Counted from the first letter of the stretch, positions 45,663 through 57,164 are shown. The stretch: 64,000 nt of DNA from Schizosaccharomyces osmophilus (GCF_027921745.1 NC_079239.1:1426001-1490000); one strand, 5' to 3'. Translations and numbers: made by a program. Notes: a model not told the origin generated them from the letters alone.

Positions 45663-46469
45663 CTAGAGTTGTAAGGTTACTTGACCCTTAGGATGAATAA
45701 CCGCATGTGTTTCAGTAACCTCGTATAAAACCTCGTTGTCATCGTCCTCTGGCAATTCATGTCCACTTCGTTGCAAAAAATGGTTAGGTCCCTTCGTCAC
45801 TCTCATGAATCCGGTAATTCTACGTGCATTCCCACTTGTTAATGGCCGACAAGAGATGCATCTCGTAGCTAAATGACCCATATTTTTAGCAAAGGATACC
45901 TGGCGAGGTAGGGGTGCTCCAACCGATACGTTGACCACTACCCGTCCTGATGTTTTTTGCAACTCAAAGACAGCCTCTTGCAATTGAGTTGCTTGTAGAG
46001 AATTGGTTGACAAAAGTACATCAATATCTTCAATGATAAGAATAGAATTTTTCGTATCAAACTCGTTTTGTTGTAGACACTTAATGACAGGAGCGAAAAC
46101 TTGTTTGGGATTATTTTTCACATCATTAGCCTGAATCTTATTTGCAACAACAGCAGGAGCAAACAGCATGCTATATCCATCAACAAAATAAAAATTTGGT
46201 TTCGTCCTTACATCGGTTCCCTACACCTGAGGTTAGTATGACACCTTTCTTTTTTGCTACGCCTAATTACTTGCCCATTTTCGAAGAGCGTCAGTATGCT
46301 CATCTAACGTTTTACTAAAAGAAACAAAGCAAACTTTCAAACCTTCTCGTATGCAATGATGAAGATAGTAGTGAATCAAAAAGGTAACTGGTGTTTCTCT
46401 TGTTCCTACCAATAACGTCAAGGAAAAAGGCTCAGGAATTGGTGGAATGTGCTGCGCAAGAGAAGTCAT
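45663..46469 (-). CDS. elp6: Elongator subunit Elp6, 2 exons, GC-AG intron
   Basis: Exon 1 MTSLAQH..DALRKW joins GTDVRTKPNFYFVDGYSMLF.. through intron 46274-46221; CRPLTSGNARRITG motif. Confidence 0.88.
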
Positions 46470-46948
46470 AAAGGCTCGTCTTTATTTTTCTTAGGTATTC
46501 GTTTCTAATAGTAGATTTCCACTAGCCGGGGGAAATGCACAGTGAGTGGTAGACGAAAGTATATTTGGGTAGTAGTGCATGACCTGGATTCAGGCAAAGT
46601 CCAGTAAAAAAGTATGGAAGAATTAGGCTAAAAAAAGGAAGAATTATAAGGAGAATACTAATTGTAAGTCATCGTTCTTAAATGATGACGACCGGGTTGA
46701 AACAAATTTTGTTAATACTCCTGGCTATGGAAGTCGAAGCTTCAAAATATTAAGCTAAAGCGTTCTAAAATCCCATAGAAAACGGATGCACTAGGTCAAC
46801 GTTCCGTTAGTTCGTAGACAGAATTGCCGGAAAACTTATATTATATATAGAAAAGAGAGAAAGGAAAAGAAGTAACCTGAATAGGAATCGTTGTCTAAAG
46901 TTAGATGGAATCTTTTCTTTTTTCTTCTATGAAATGCTAGTGTAGGAT

Positions 46949-48004
46949 TTATACCATTTCTTTACGACGAGGGCGTACATAACTAACGTTTTTAGGCCTA
47001 CACAAAACTGTCAAAAAGTTGATCCACACGCTGTTATGGTAAGGCCGAACGTCTTCGGTTTCAGTATTTTTAGAACGCAAAAATTCATGAACATTTTGGC
47101 CGCAGCCGATCAAGTAGCACTGGTAACCCAGAAGGATTCCTGGGAAAATCGAACCCAATGCAGCATATATTCCAAGAAAAAAAGAGACACCAGCCCACGG
47201 CCTTTGTAAATGTCTCGCAAAATTAGTGTCAGAACCATACCGAAAGCTAGCAAATGCAATATAAAACCCCAAGACTGTCAAATACAAAGCTTCAAAAAAC
47301 AAGGAAAGCAAGAAAATGAAAAAGTATCGATAGTTTCTTCTTCCAATGCAGTTATTAAGCCATGTACAATGGTGATCAAGGTATTCAACACAATTATCAC
47401 ACAGATGACAGTGGCTAGCACGAGGTGGACGATAAAGACGGCACGTATGGCAGTAGACAGTCGTAATTAAAAAAGCTGAATCAGAGCGAGTTGATCCTAT
47501 CAGAAGTCTCTTGTCTTCTGGAATCACCGACCAAGGGTGGGTAGGGTCATATATTAAAATGTTGGAGTTTCGAGGAAGAATTCCAGGGTCAGACGTAGAA
47601 CACTTCAGCATTGAAATCATAACTAATGCATAGATATAGGAAAACGTTATAGGGATAGCTGGTGACACCTGATGCCATAACCAAAAGGCGCTAAAAATGA
47701 AAAACAGTACGCCGGGGAGAAGCAAGGCAAATAGAGTTATTGCAAATGCTTTAAATTGTGTAGACATTTGGAATCTCCCTCCTAAGAAAAAGACATTGTT
47801 GCCTGGAAAGTGTTTGTAGCGTCTCTCAATTTGTTGCACTTCGGATCCATGCAGCGTCTGCTCAGTAATATTTTGTTGATTGTCAGTCTTTTCATTTGGA
47901 TTAATAGGATTAGTAGGATCAGAAAGAGCTGAGAAATTAGGATTCCAGGGTTGTTTCCACGGGTATCTCAAGGCAGTCTCTTTTGAGAGATGACGAGGAC
48001 TCAT
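46949..48004 (-). CDS. erf2: DHHC palmitoyltransferase Erf2
   Basis: SDPGILPRN, CHTCRLYRPPRASHC, DHHCTWLNNCIGRRNYRYF; four TM segments. Confidence 0.94.
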   Translation of the reverse strand: MSPRHLSKETALRYPWKQPWNPNFSALSDPTNPINPNEKTDNQQNITEQTLHGSEVQQIERRYKHFPGNNVFFLGGRFQMSTQFKAFAITLFALLLPGVLFFIFSAFWLWHQVSPAIPITFSYIYALVMISMLKCSTSDPGILPRNSNILIYDPTHPWSVIPEDKRLLIGSTRSDSAFLITTVYCHTCRLYRPPRASHCHLCDNCVEYLDHHCTWLNNCIGRRNYRYFFIFLLSLFFEALYLTVLGFYIAFASFRYGSDTNFARHLQRPWAGVSFFLGIYAALGSIFPGILLGYQCYLIGCGQNVHEFLRSKNTETEDVRPYHNSVWINFLTVLCRPKNVSYVRPRRKEMV

Positions 48005-48161
48005 ACTTGGAATTTACTCCATACAAATCATTGTAGGAAAAAGTATGGATAATAATACGAAAAGAGTGGGTACTCTTTGTGTGAGTAGTGTTTTATTGTC
48101 GCGAGTATGGAGATTCGAGTTGGTACCAACTTCAAAACACTGAAATGCAAACAGGCAAATT

Positions 48162-48172
48162 TGTTTGTTTAC
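48162..48172 (-). promoter_or_regulatory. FLEX (Mei4/forkhead) element upstream of erf2
   Basis: Exact GTAAACAAACA on the minus strand about 160 bp upstream of the erf2 ATG. Confidence 0.65.
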
Positions 48173-48626
48173 GCTTACAGCACACTACAACAGGTTGAGG
48201 TTAAAAAAAAATAAGAAAACATTGGAAACTTACAATAGGAAAATGGAAAGCTGCAAACTTTAGGTGAATTACGAGGAAATGGCAATATGCTAAGAAAGCT
48301 ATGGTATAAACAGGGGAAAAACAATATCCCAAGCTGGAATTGAAAGAAGCTATTTTCTTCTAAATTGATGTGGAAGAACGACTAAACGGTCTGTACAAAC
48401 GAATCCTATAAATGTTTTCTCGTTTGCTTCTGCTTCAGGCTAATGAGGAGGAATACATGGCTTATGTCGACCAACTGAAAATCTAAAGAATTAGAGAAAC
48501 ACCTTGAGCTGTATTCGATGACTACTTTTTTATACTAAGGCTACCCTTTGTTCATGTCACGCTTGGTCTTAAAGAAACGGGATTCTTCCTCAATCAACTT
48601 CAATTTGAACAATCCTTTGTTATAAT

Positions 48627-49069
48627 CTACATCAGTTCTCTAATTTCTATATTTTTTGAGATCACACTCGCCTCTTTACAATGGTTATGAATGTCTCTAT
48701 CAGAATACGGACAACGGCATTCGTTGTTACATCCAACATTACTATGACTATTATGAAGAACTAAATATTTAACCGAGAGTATTTTGGTTAGTTACTTAAT
48801 GAGTTGAATGGACATTCAGTCGTTTATGCTAAGTGTGCTTCTTACCATCAATAAGCGTTGCATCAGAAGGAGTCTACCGAATAAAGACGCCATCGCATTT
48901 GCATAAAGATACTTGGACTGAAATAATAAATTTGAGATAATAGTTTTTCTTCGATATATTCCATACGTCTTAAATGCGTAAGTGGCAACCATTGTGACAC
49001 TTGCGATACTTGCAATACTTGATGTCCGTTTCATCATTCTTGGTTCAAAAGCAAGGCAGCAGCTCTCAT
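48627..49069 (-). pseudogene. Putative decayed 3-exon cysteine-rich secreted-peptide gene
   Basis: Two intron-shaped segments (48966-48918; 48845-48761 with CTAAC); Cys-rich frames in all three exons, interrupted by stops and frameshifts. Confidence 0.4.
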
Positions 49070-49222
49070 TTTATGTCTTCGGCTCAAAACAAGAATTTGT
49101 TTGCACTCTTAGAATTTTGGCGTGAAGTTAAACATTAATTACATCCAAAGTTGCATCCTACGAAGTAATATATATCCTCATTGAAAGCATTGGTTCGTTA
49201 GGTCCAAGAAAAATCCAGGACA

Positions 49223-49729
49223 ATGGCTGTGTTAAGAAGCCTTATGTCGAATCGGTACGTCCGTTGGACGAAACAATATCCTGAACTGTTTGTATGTGTT
49301 GGTTGTTTCATTTGGAATTATCTCAAAAAATGAGATTGCTGAAGCAAATTATTTCAGAAAGATCGTGGAACTAAAGAATGATTTTTTAGATTACCTGGTG
49401 TGTTATGACTTATACCTTTGGAGTTGCTGGCTACATGCTTGGTATGTTCCTTTACCTTTTATAAATGAAATTGGGTTTATTAACAGGTTGATAAAGGTCA
49501 ACGAGGAATGTTGATCGAACATGACACCCAGGTTCGCATTCCCCGAGAGAAAGCGCATCCATGGGAGGATTCAGATCAAGATCATGGAAGTAATCTTCTC
49601 TATGGATATAAGTATTTTCCCAGAGGTGATACATCGAAGGAACCAAAGAAATCACCCTCCCCAATCCAGTACAGTACGGTGACTACCAGAGGAATATCTC
49701 AGAATCTTATTGAACGATTTTCAAAGTAG
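49223..49729 (+). CDS. Small single-TM conserved fungal mitochondrial protein (SPBC3H7.08c-like), 3 exons
   Basis: Spliced MAVLRSLMSNRYVRWTKQYPELF|ITWCVMTYTFGVAGYMLG|QRGMLIEHDTQVRIPREKAHPWED..YKYFPRGD..ERFSK; GTATGT donors. Confidence 0.8.
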
Positions 49730-50140
49730 ATTAATATGCCCGTGAGATATACCGATAGTTTACGACTTTTTTTATGACACTCGCGATGCGATGTTGTTTA
49801 TGATTATGATTTATGAAGTCCATATACCTAAAAATTTGGTTATGCATCAAAACGAATGAAAATTTTTTATAGCGTGAATGATCTTGTTATTCTTAATGAA
49901 ATTATATATTAATGCTTTGAATTGATCTTGTGTTTGCTTTGAGTTAGTAAAATGTGAATTTTCTTCTAAACACCGATCTGTATATCTAACCATTTTTGCT
50001 AAATTATAATGGTTTAAGATTTTATCATACCAATTACTTTTTACGACATAAACAATTGAAAGAGAAATTGTTGTGTGCATATGGTTATCCTACTTCACTT
50101 CTTATTACCACTAGAACCAGAACTTAGGCACGACCTTGAC

Positions 50141-51119
50141 ATGTCACAAGCGGTCGTAATCCTTTCTCCTTCTTCTGAACCAAAAGCTTTAGAAGCTGTT
50201 TTCCGTCTTTTTGATACCCCGCAACTACAAGAACTTGGTGATGGATGGAAGCAAATCTCTGGAAAACTTGTGAGCTCGTTTGCAGACGCGAAAGCAGAAT
50301 GCGACTCCATCTCTGGTCAGGAAACATTAGATTGTAACTGCTTGAAATATGAATCATTTTCTACCAACAAAAAGTTGGTTGTTTTTGATATGGACTCGAC
50401 TTTAATTCAGCAAGAGTGCATTGACGAGATTGCAGCCGAAGCTGGTATTCAAAAAGAGGTCTCCACCATTACTTCTCTTGCGATGAATGGTGAGATTGAT
50501 TTTCAGGAATCTCTTCGTCGTCGTGTATCCCTTTTAGAGGGATTGAGCGTCGATGTTATTGACAAAATCATTGCAAAGATTACGTTCACTCCAGGAGCAA
50601 AGGAATTATGCCGCGTCTTGAAGAAGTTAGGTGCTACACTTGTTGTTGCTAGCGGCGGATTTATTCCCATGGCAAACTATGTCAAAGAGCAACTCGGCTT
50701 GGATTATGCTTATGCTAATATGGTTAGTTTTATCTATTATATGCGTGTTTTATTAACTTGTTTTAGTTGGAGTATAGTCATGATGGAAAGTATTTAAATG
50801 GCAAGGTACAAGGTGCCATTGTAGATGGACAGCGAAAGGCAGAAATTTTGCGCCAAAAGAAGGCAGAACTTGGACTGGATGTAGTTGAGACAATGGCTGT
50901 TGGTGATGGTGCCAATGATTTGATTATGATGGGTGAATCAGGCTTAGGGGTTGCATACAATGCTAAACCAAAAGTGCAGCTTATGGTAAGACATTCCATT
51001 TCTTCTTAAATACTAACATTTTTTTTAAGGCATCGTCCAAAATCAATCAGACTTCTTTGCAAAATGTTTTGTATTTATTGGGCATAAACAAGTCTGAACA
51101 AGAGCGCTTGTTGGCATAA
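50141..51119 (+). CDS. ser2: Phosphoserine phosphatase, 3 exons
   Basis: HAD motifs FDMDSTL, ASGGF, AVGDGANDL; two GT-AG introns. Confidence 0.95.
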
Positions 51120-51517
51120 GCGTTGAATTTTTATTCAATTGTATATAAATACCTGTTTCATCATAAATTTTGGACAAAGAGTGTCGTATTTTGAAATCAG
51201 GTCATCCAAATGATACACTTGGTTTTTCTAGTGAGTATCCATTCAATTGCTTCCGAATATCCAGTTTTTTCTTTTACATACTTAGATTTTATTTTTTTCG
51301 TTTATTATAAAGTCCCTACATCGAACATTCGCGTAAAAAATCGATAGTGTATGATTGTCAGCAACCATTCATGAACAGATCATTCTCGTTCCAGTCATCT
51401 AATTTCAGCATCATCTTTATTTGATAAAAAAACGATTGAGGTTTTAAAAGTTGATTGCATACTGATCGTATAGAAACCCTCTTTCCCTCTGTCCATTACT
51501 TCGAAACGAAGACTGTT

Positions 51518-52929
51518 ATGTTAAGCACTCCATTGCTTCAGTTGTCACCAGATATTTTGATCGAGATCGGTAGCTATCTTGATTCTGAAGACTTGCTTCA
51601 TCTAATTAAAACTTGCAAGCGGCTTCATCTTGTATTTGAGAACAAAGCAGTTTGGCTTAGATTATGTAGACGAATTGAAGGATTGGTAACCATTGACGTA
51701 CCTGAAAAAGCAGACTATAAAAGACTATATTTAAGATGGAAGAAGAAAGGATATATTTATACCTGGGGAGAAAAAAGCTGGAATCGTTTGGGGCGATTGG
51801 TAAGTCATACACATTTTCCCCATCACAAGCCCATTGCCTTAACGGGTTCGTATTCAGTGAAGGCTGTTCAAATAGAAGTTGGGTATGTTTCTCTTTTTAA
51901 CTAAAGCTGTATGGAACGCTAACAAACAATAGTGGCTATGGAATATTTTTACTTAACGAGGACGGAAGATTATCTATAACTGGAAAAAGGACAAATTCAA
52001 TTTCGCAGGTAGTTTCAGAGTTGGATTTTGTATATTCTATTCATGCTGGCCGTGATTACTGCTTGGCGATGGCCGATGAGGGGAATCTATGGCAAGTAGG
52101 CGTGAACTCTACATTGTGTTTGACAAAGGATAACGTTTTGTCAGATTATAAAGGAAGATTTACCATTTTTCGTAGTGGTTGGGACTCTCTTTCAGTTTTT
52201 GTTCCGCAAGTGGGCTTTTTATTATGGAAGACTGGAATGGAACTTGAGCCTATGGTGTACAAAATTTATCGCGGGCAAGAAATGGTAAATGTTTCCGATT
52301 ACGTACTTTGTGCTGGTTTTCTTGTTTTCACGACAAAGAATGAATCTTTGGTTTTCCGTGTAGACCTAGATGGGAACTATGAAAAGCAAGCAAAAGAACT
52401 CAAGAATTTTCGAATCCCTGAAGAAAGCGGCCCATGGAAGCTTTTCGGGAACTTCCGTACCTTTAGTTGTCTTTCCAAAAATGGAAACACGGTATACATG
52501 GGGAATGACTCTACGAAAGAATCAGATGCCAAGCCAATTGTTCACGAATTTTTACAAAACAATGGTATAAACAAGCTAGCTCATGGTGATTATCATCATC
52601 TTATGTTAAAACAGGACGGAACAGTTTGGTCTTGGGGAATGGAATTATCGAATTGTGGTTCTCTAGGTTTAGGAACTTTATATAACCAAATTGGGGACGA
52701 CGTTTTGATTGATGTGCGAGGACGAAGAGTGACAGTGCTTAAACCTCAAAGGGTATCTTTGAACGCAACTTGTATCTCAATCGCAGCGGGCGGTTGGCAA
52801 AGTGCAATGATGGCAATTTCTGACAAGATTTTGCCGGATGCAATGGAGCCTGCGAGGATGACCAGCCTATCCTTGACGCATCCAAGTGTTCCTGTGTTGC
52901 ATTTTCTGCGAAGCAGACGTACTGACTAG
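51518..52929 (+). CDS. pof9: F-box/RCC1-repeat protein (Saf1-like) Pof9, 2 exons
   Basis: F-box LLQLSPDILIEIGSYL; RCC1-like YTWGE, GDYHHL, WSWG, IAAGGWQS; intron near 51883-51932. Confidence 0.87.
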
Positions 52930-53846
52930 ATGTACAGGACAATCTTTATGAAGTGAGTAGGTTCCCTATTGTTCTTCTTGATGTACGAATGTACGAGTAT
53001 GGAATATATGAAATTTTTCTTTATGAATTGACGCATTACGAATGAAAGAGCCATATGGCTTCCTGGTATAGACAAAACGTCCAGGGATTACAGATAATAA
53101 AATCAATAAGTATAATGACGGGAGGTTTATGTGACAGAATGAATGCGATGAGTTGAATTTTTACAATATAATAACGATTTTCCTGAAACCTAACGATGAT
53201 AGACGGTCTCAAATGTCGAATTCCAATCCAGAACAAAGCTGAAAGTTGCTATACAAATAAACTACGCTATGAACGCAACCAAAATTACACAAAAAAAATA
53301 AAAAGCAATCGTAAGTTTAATTACCAAAACACTTACACAATGTACAGACAAGAAACCATCTAGCTAAAACTAACACGAAAAGAAACATTGCAGAGCTCTT
53401 AAGCTGATGAATTCATCATATCGTAAAAAGAGTATGGATGTTCCAAGAGAATCGTAATTTGAAACAATAGCATCGAAACAAACTAAGACAGCATATTTGT
53501 TTATCGCCAGAAAGATCGGCTATAACAAAATTGCGAATTTCAAACTAATAAAATAGAAGAAAAAGATGTTTGTTAATTTGGAAATACATAGGTTTTGAAT
53601 AAACAGGGTTGCTAACTGATCTGCGCTTGCTTTCCTAATTCTATTTTATGATTATAAATGTTGAATTGTTTCTACCTTGTTTTTCTCACTTTCTTTTTTT
53701 TTTTTTTTTTTTTCCGTTTTTAAAAATGCTCTTACTTGCAAGGGATACTTGTTGAATTCTACTATCCTCCTTTGTTGAAACATATATGAAAGGAAGAAGC
53801 TTATGATTAAAACTGAACAGTAAATTGAAATCATTAGTATTTTCAA

Positions 53847-54905
53847 ATGTATCCATTTAGCTTTGATACCAATGACAAAGAATACTTAGAGCCCGATTTA
53901 AGAAGCATTTTGCGTCTCTGTTCGCCTTTCGTCTTGTTTTTTCTGCAAACGCATCAACTTTTTCGACGAAACAAACTAGCATGTATTGCTTTGGGTGTTT
54001 TGGTCGAAATTCAATGCTACCGTCTATCTAGGTTCTATCACCATCTTCATAGCACGGATTATCTGAGTGCTTCCTTGCAAAATGGATTTCTCATGATGCT
54101 GGCTTTACGAACTTGTGTGCTTTCCCTCCGAAATAAAATTCCCTATCAAGTCGACAGCACGATCAAGAAGAAGTCGCCCAGAGGATCTTTTACTGAGACT
54201 TTACAGTATATAGTTAGTGTTCGCAAATACGGGTGGAGCGACAATGCTGTACCTGATTATACTCCTGCATACTATTCTTACAGAACTTGGGTGACTAGAA
54301 CTATTATTTACTTGACATTCTATGTTCTTTGCTCGGCCATCATGCTGCTGTTTGATGTACCGAATGCACCTTATAAATTTAATAATTGGCCCTCAACATT
54401 GCTGCTGCCGTTTGTTAGATCTTGTTACGTTTACTTGATTTTAAATCTTGGTTATTATCTGACGACTGTACTATATATTCCCTTGGGAATCTGGGACATA
54501 CGCGAATTTCCACCATTGATGAAAAATTTATTAAATACCAAAACAGTGAACGCGTTTTGGTCGACAGACTGGCACGTAATGACCAAGCCAATGTTCCGAA
54601 CACTGGGATGGGAACCTGTTTATGAACTAACGCAGAGCAAATTTCTCGGAAGTTTAGCTAGTTTTCTTATTTCGGGGTTGTATCATGACTTTGCCTTCTG
54701 GTCTATCATAGGTCACTCCAGTCCAGGAATCATTCTTCAATTTGCGATATGTGCCGTTTGCATTAAATTTGAGAAACGGTTCCCTATCTTTGAAAAAATC
54801 CCATTCTGGCCAATTCTATTACAGGTTGTACTTCACTCCCAACTAGGAATGGGTAAGGTAATGAGGCAGCAAGGTTGGAGTCCTTTAGCAAAAGTTGAGC
54901 ATTAA
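53847..54905 (+). CDS. MBOAT/wax-synthase-family membrane O-acyltransferase (SPBC3H7.05c-like)
   Basis: Multi-TM ORF with FPPLM..TVNAFWSTDWH and FLISGLYHD (catalytic His) motifs. Confidence 0.82.
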   Translation: MYPFSFDTNDKEYLEPDLRSILRLCSPFVLFFLQTHQLFRRNKLACIALGVLVEIQCYRLSRFYHHLHSTDYLSASLQNGFLMMLALRTCVLSLRNKIPYQVDSTIKKKSPRGSFTETLQYIVSVRKYGWSDNAVPDYTPAYYSYRTWVTRTIIYLTFYVLCSAIMLLFDVPNAPYKFNNWPSTLLLPFVRSCYVYLILNLGYYLTTVLYIPLGIWDIREFPPLMKNLLNTKTVNAFWSTDWHVMTKPMFRTLGWEPVYELTQSKFLGSLASFLISGLYHDFAFWSIIGHSSPGIILQFAICAVCIKFEKRFPIFEKIPFWPILLQVVLHSQLGMGKVMRQQGWSPLAKVEH

Positions 54906-54981
54906 TTCATTTAATCTTTCATTCTAATCTCATACCCAAAAAAAAGTGAAGAAAAACAATAAAGGGAAGCACCGAAGGAAA

Positions 54982-55644
54982 TCAAAGTGGTTCCATACGG
55001 CTGGCTTGAAATCTGTTGTTCACGACTGACCAATTTATCATGTTCCACCAATTGGAAATGTAAGTTTCCTTACTATTAATGCCATAGTCTTGCAAATAAG
55101 AATATTGCCATAAGTTCAAGCACAGCAATGGAACAATTTCTTTTGTTCTGGTTTTGGGGAATTCTGTTCCCCATAGAAAAGCGTTGGATGCATTGTAAGT
55201 ACAAAGTAAAGAAAAGAGAGAGCGCTCGGGACTATACACCAGCCATAGCCATCCATCGCCAAATACGGAATTACCAACCTCGATTAGCTGAGAACGAAGT
55301 TCATTAAAAGAGCCAAAAGATGCATCAATTCCTGGCTTTAGGTTTACAACTCCAAGATCAGCATCCTCAGAAGATCGATCCGAAGGAATAATACCCGAGA
55401 AAAAGAAGTCATGGTTGACTAGCTGGCTAGAGTAATTGAAAATTTTGGTCTTTCTGGGATCGTTCGCATTCTGAACCATTAAATCCGAAGGAACTTTATA
55501 AGGAATTTGATGTAGCTTGCATTCTTTATGTAGTTCTTCCCTCAGACGATTATCGTAAGAAAAGATAGTTTTGACAGCATCTTTAGATAGAAAGCTCTTG
55601 TAACCAAGGTCTAATGCTTTGGTGAACCTGGTTTGTAAGTTCAT
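54982..55644 (-). CDS. Mitochondrial small-subunit ribosomal protein with Fe/Mn-SOD fold (mS42/mS43 family)
   Basis: NHDFFF, SFGSF, FGDGWLWLV; LNLWQYSYLQDYG replaces the SOD DxWEHAY motif, so metal ligands are lost. Confidence 0.85.
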   Translation of the reverse strand: MNLQTRFTKALDLGYKSFLSKDAVKTIFSYDNRLREELHKECKLHQIPYKVPSDLMVQNANDPRKTKIFNYSSQLVNHDFFFSGIIPSDRSSEDADLGVVNLKPGIDASFGSFNELRSQLIEVGNSVFGDGWLWLVYSPERSLFSLLCTYNASNAFLWGTEFPKTRTKEIVPLLCLNLWQYSYLQDYGINSKETYISNWWNMINWSVVNNRFQASRMEPL

Positions 55645-56522
55645 CGTTCTGTACTTTGCTCTTGAATGAAAGGTGGGCCACTACCCAAAAATGAAAAACC
55701 GTTATATCGCGGGATGTTGCGCAGAATTACAAATTTCTTTCAGTTTTCTTTCTTGAAAAGAAAATATACAATATAAATAAAAGAAATGTAATGAAAAAGA
55801 ACTGAAGACGCGGTTTTATTCCTTCGACGATATTTGCTCTCTCTAGGTTCGCTAGTCTGCGAAGTAAATAAAATCGAGTAGCAATGTCACTCAATGGTTT
55901 ATAGAAGAATTTCGGTTTTTGGTTTCTAGTGCCTTTCTATTTAATAGAATTAAGTTTCAATACCAATTGAAAATCGGATTGTACACAATCAAAAGGTTGG
56001 CTTCCTTAAGGCCGAAAAAGAGCCCATTTGAGTAAGGCAGCTTCACTACATAACCTGCCGTTGTATGCCAGCAGAGATGAGCAATGAGAATTACACATGA
56101 ATCCTATTTCTCAAATAAAAGGAATAAAAATGAGCAACCTCATAGAGATTTACTTTTACTTTCCTTTTTCTTAGAACTTTCAAGTAACAAAGCTTTCCCT
56201 TTGCGTTTGACTTAGAAGACATAAATAGGAATAATAATAAAAAGTACTGTACAAAGCCAGTTTTTGTACTGCTTGTGAGCAATTACCATCGACTATTTGG
56301 ATCCAAGGACTCAAAATAGAAAGTGGTTTTTGGTTGTAGACAAGGCTCTACAATCAATGAGATGAATTCACACTTCTGAAATTTATCCACTGACAGCAAA
56401 TTAAGTCTTGAAACTTTTTCCTGAAAAACTTGCTTTTGTTTATAGAAATGTAAACAACCCAGAAATCGCGAAGTGTTACTTGCGTTGTGACTCGGCTCTG
56501 CGTAAGCGATGCGAAATTTGTT

Positions 56523-57164
56523 TTAGGAACAAACTTCTTCTTTCTTCATTTCTTCCCATTTGGACAGGATTTGGACTTGTTTTGTAAAGTGTAAATTAGG
56601 ATTGACTTATAGTCGGTTGTCATTAAACAATTTTCGGGTTTCGTCGTGATTTGCGAATTTTGGTACAAAAGAAACAACTGCTCGACTCTGTCACTATTGA
56701 TAAAAAAAACTTACTAGAATATCGAAGAAAGACAATGTAAGAGATACTCCTGCGTGCAACCATCCAATGCTTATAGTGCTGACCTGGAAAAGGGATTTTC
56801 TTTGTGTACTCCAGAGGTAAAAACAAACCATCCAATTCAGGTTCTGTTAAAGGATAAAAAAGAAAATAAACGTTGTAACTATTGTCAATCAGTTTGTTGA
56901 GTTCGTAAGAAATAGTCACGGCAGGCTGTTGGGACAATTGGTTACGAATTGATCTGATGAACCATTATTTATGTTCTCTTTTAATTTCTCTTTCAAATTC
57001 AGTTGGAAATGAATTGAAACTAAGAAAGAACTTTTGTATTGATATGAATTGATAACCGAAATTAAAAGGCATGCATTTAAATTTCCCTCATCCCAAAGGC
57101 AATGAGTTGGTATGACCGCGGGAAAGCGCAGACTTACTACAGCTACTCTATTTATGTTATCCAT
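56523..57164 (-). pseudogene. Putative 3-exon orphan gene (131 codons) with one internal nonsense codon
   Basis: ATG 57164; GTAAGT donors at 57137 and 56714; AAG acceptors ending 57031 and 56576; exons join in one frame with a single TAA at 56967-56965. Confidence 0.5.

Noticed and set aside
46682..46882. Box C (ATGATGA) with a distant CTGA as a possible C/D snoRNA
   Set aside because: No terminal stem or recognisable rRNA guide; spacing is long.
54982..55644. Second superoxide dismutase
   Set aside because: The metal-ligand motif is degenerate; fits an SOD-fold mitoribosomal protein.
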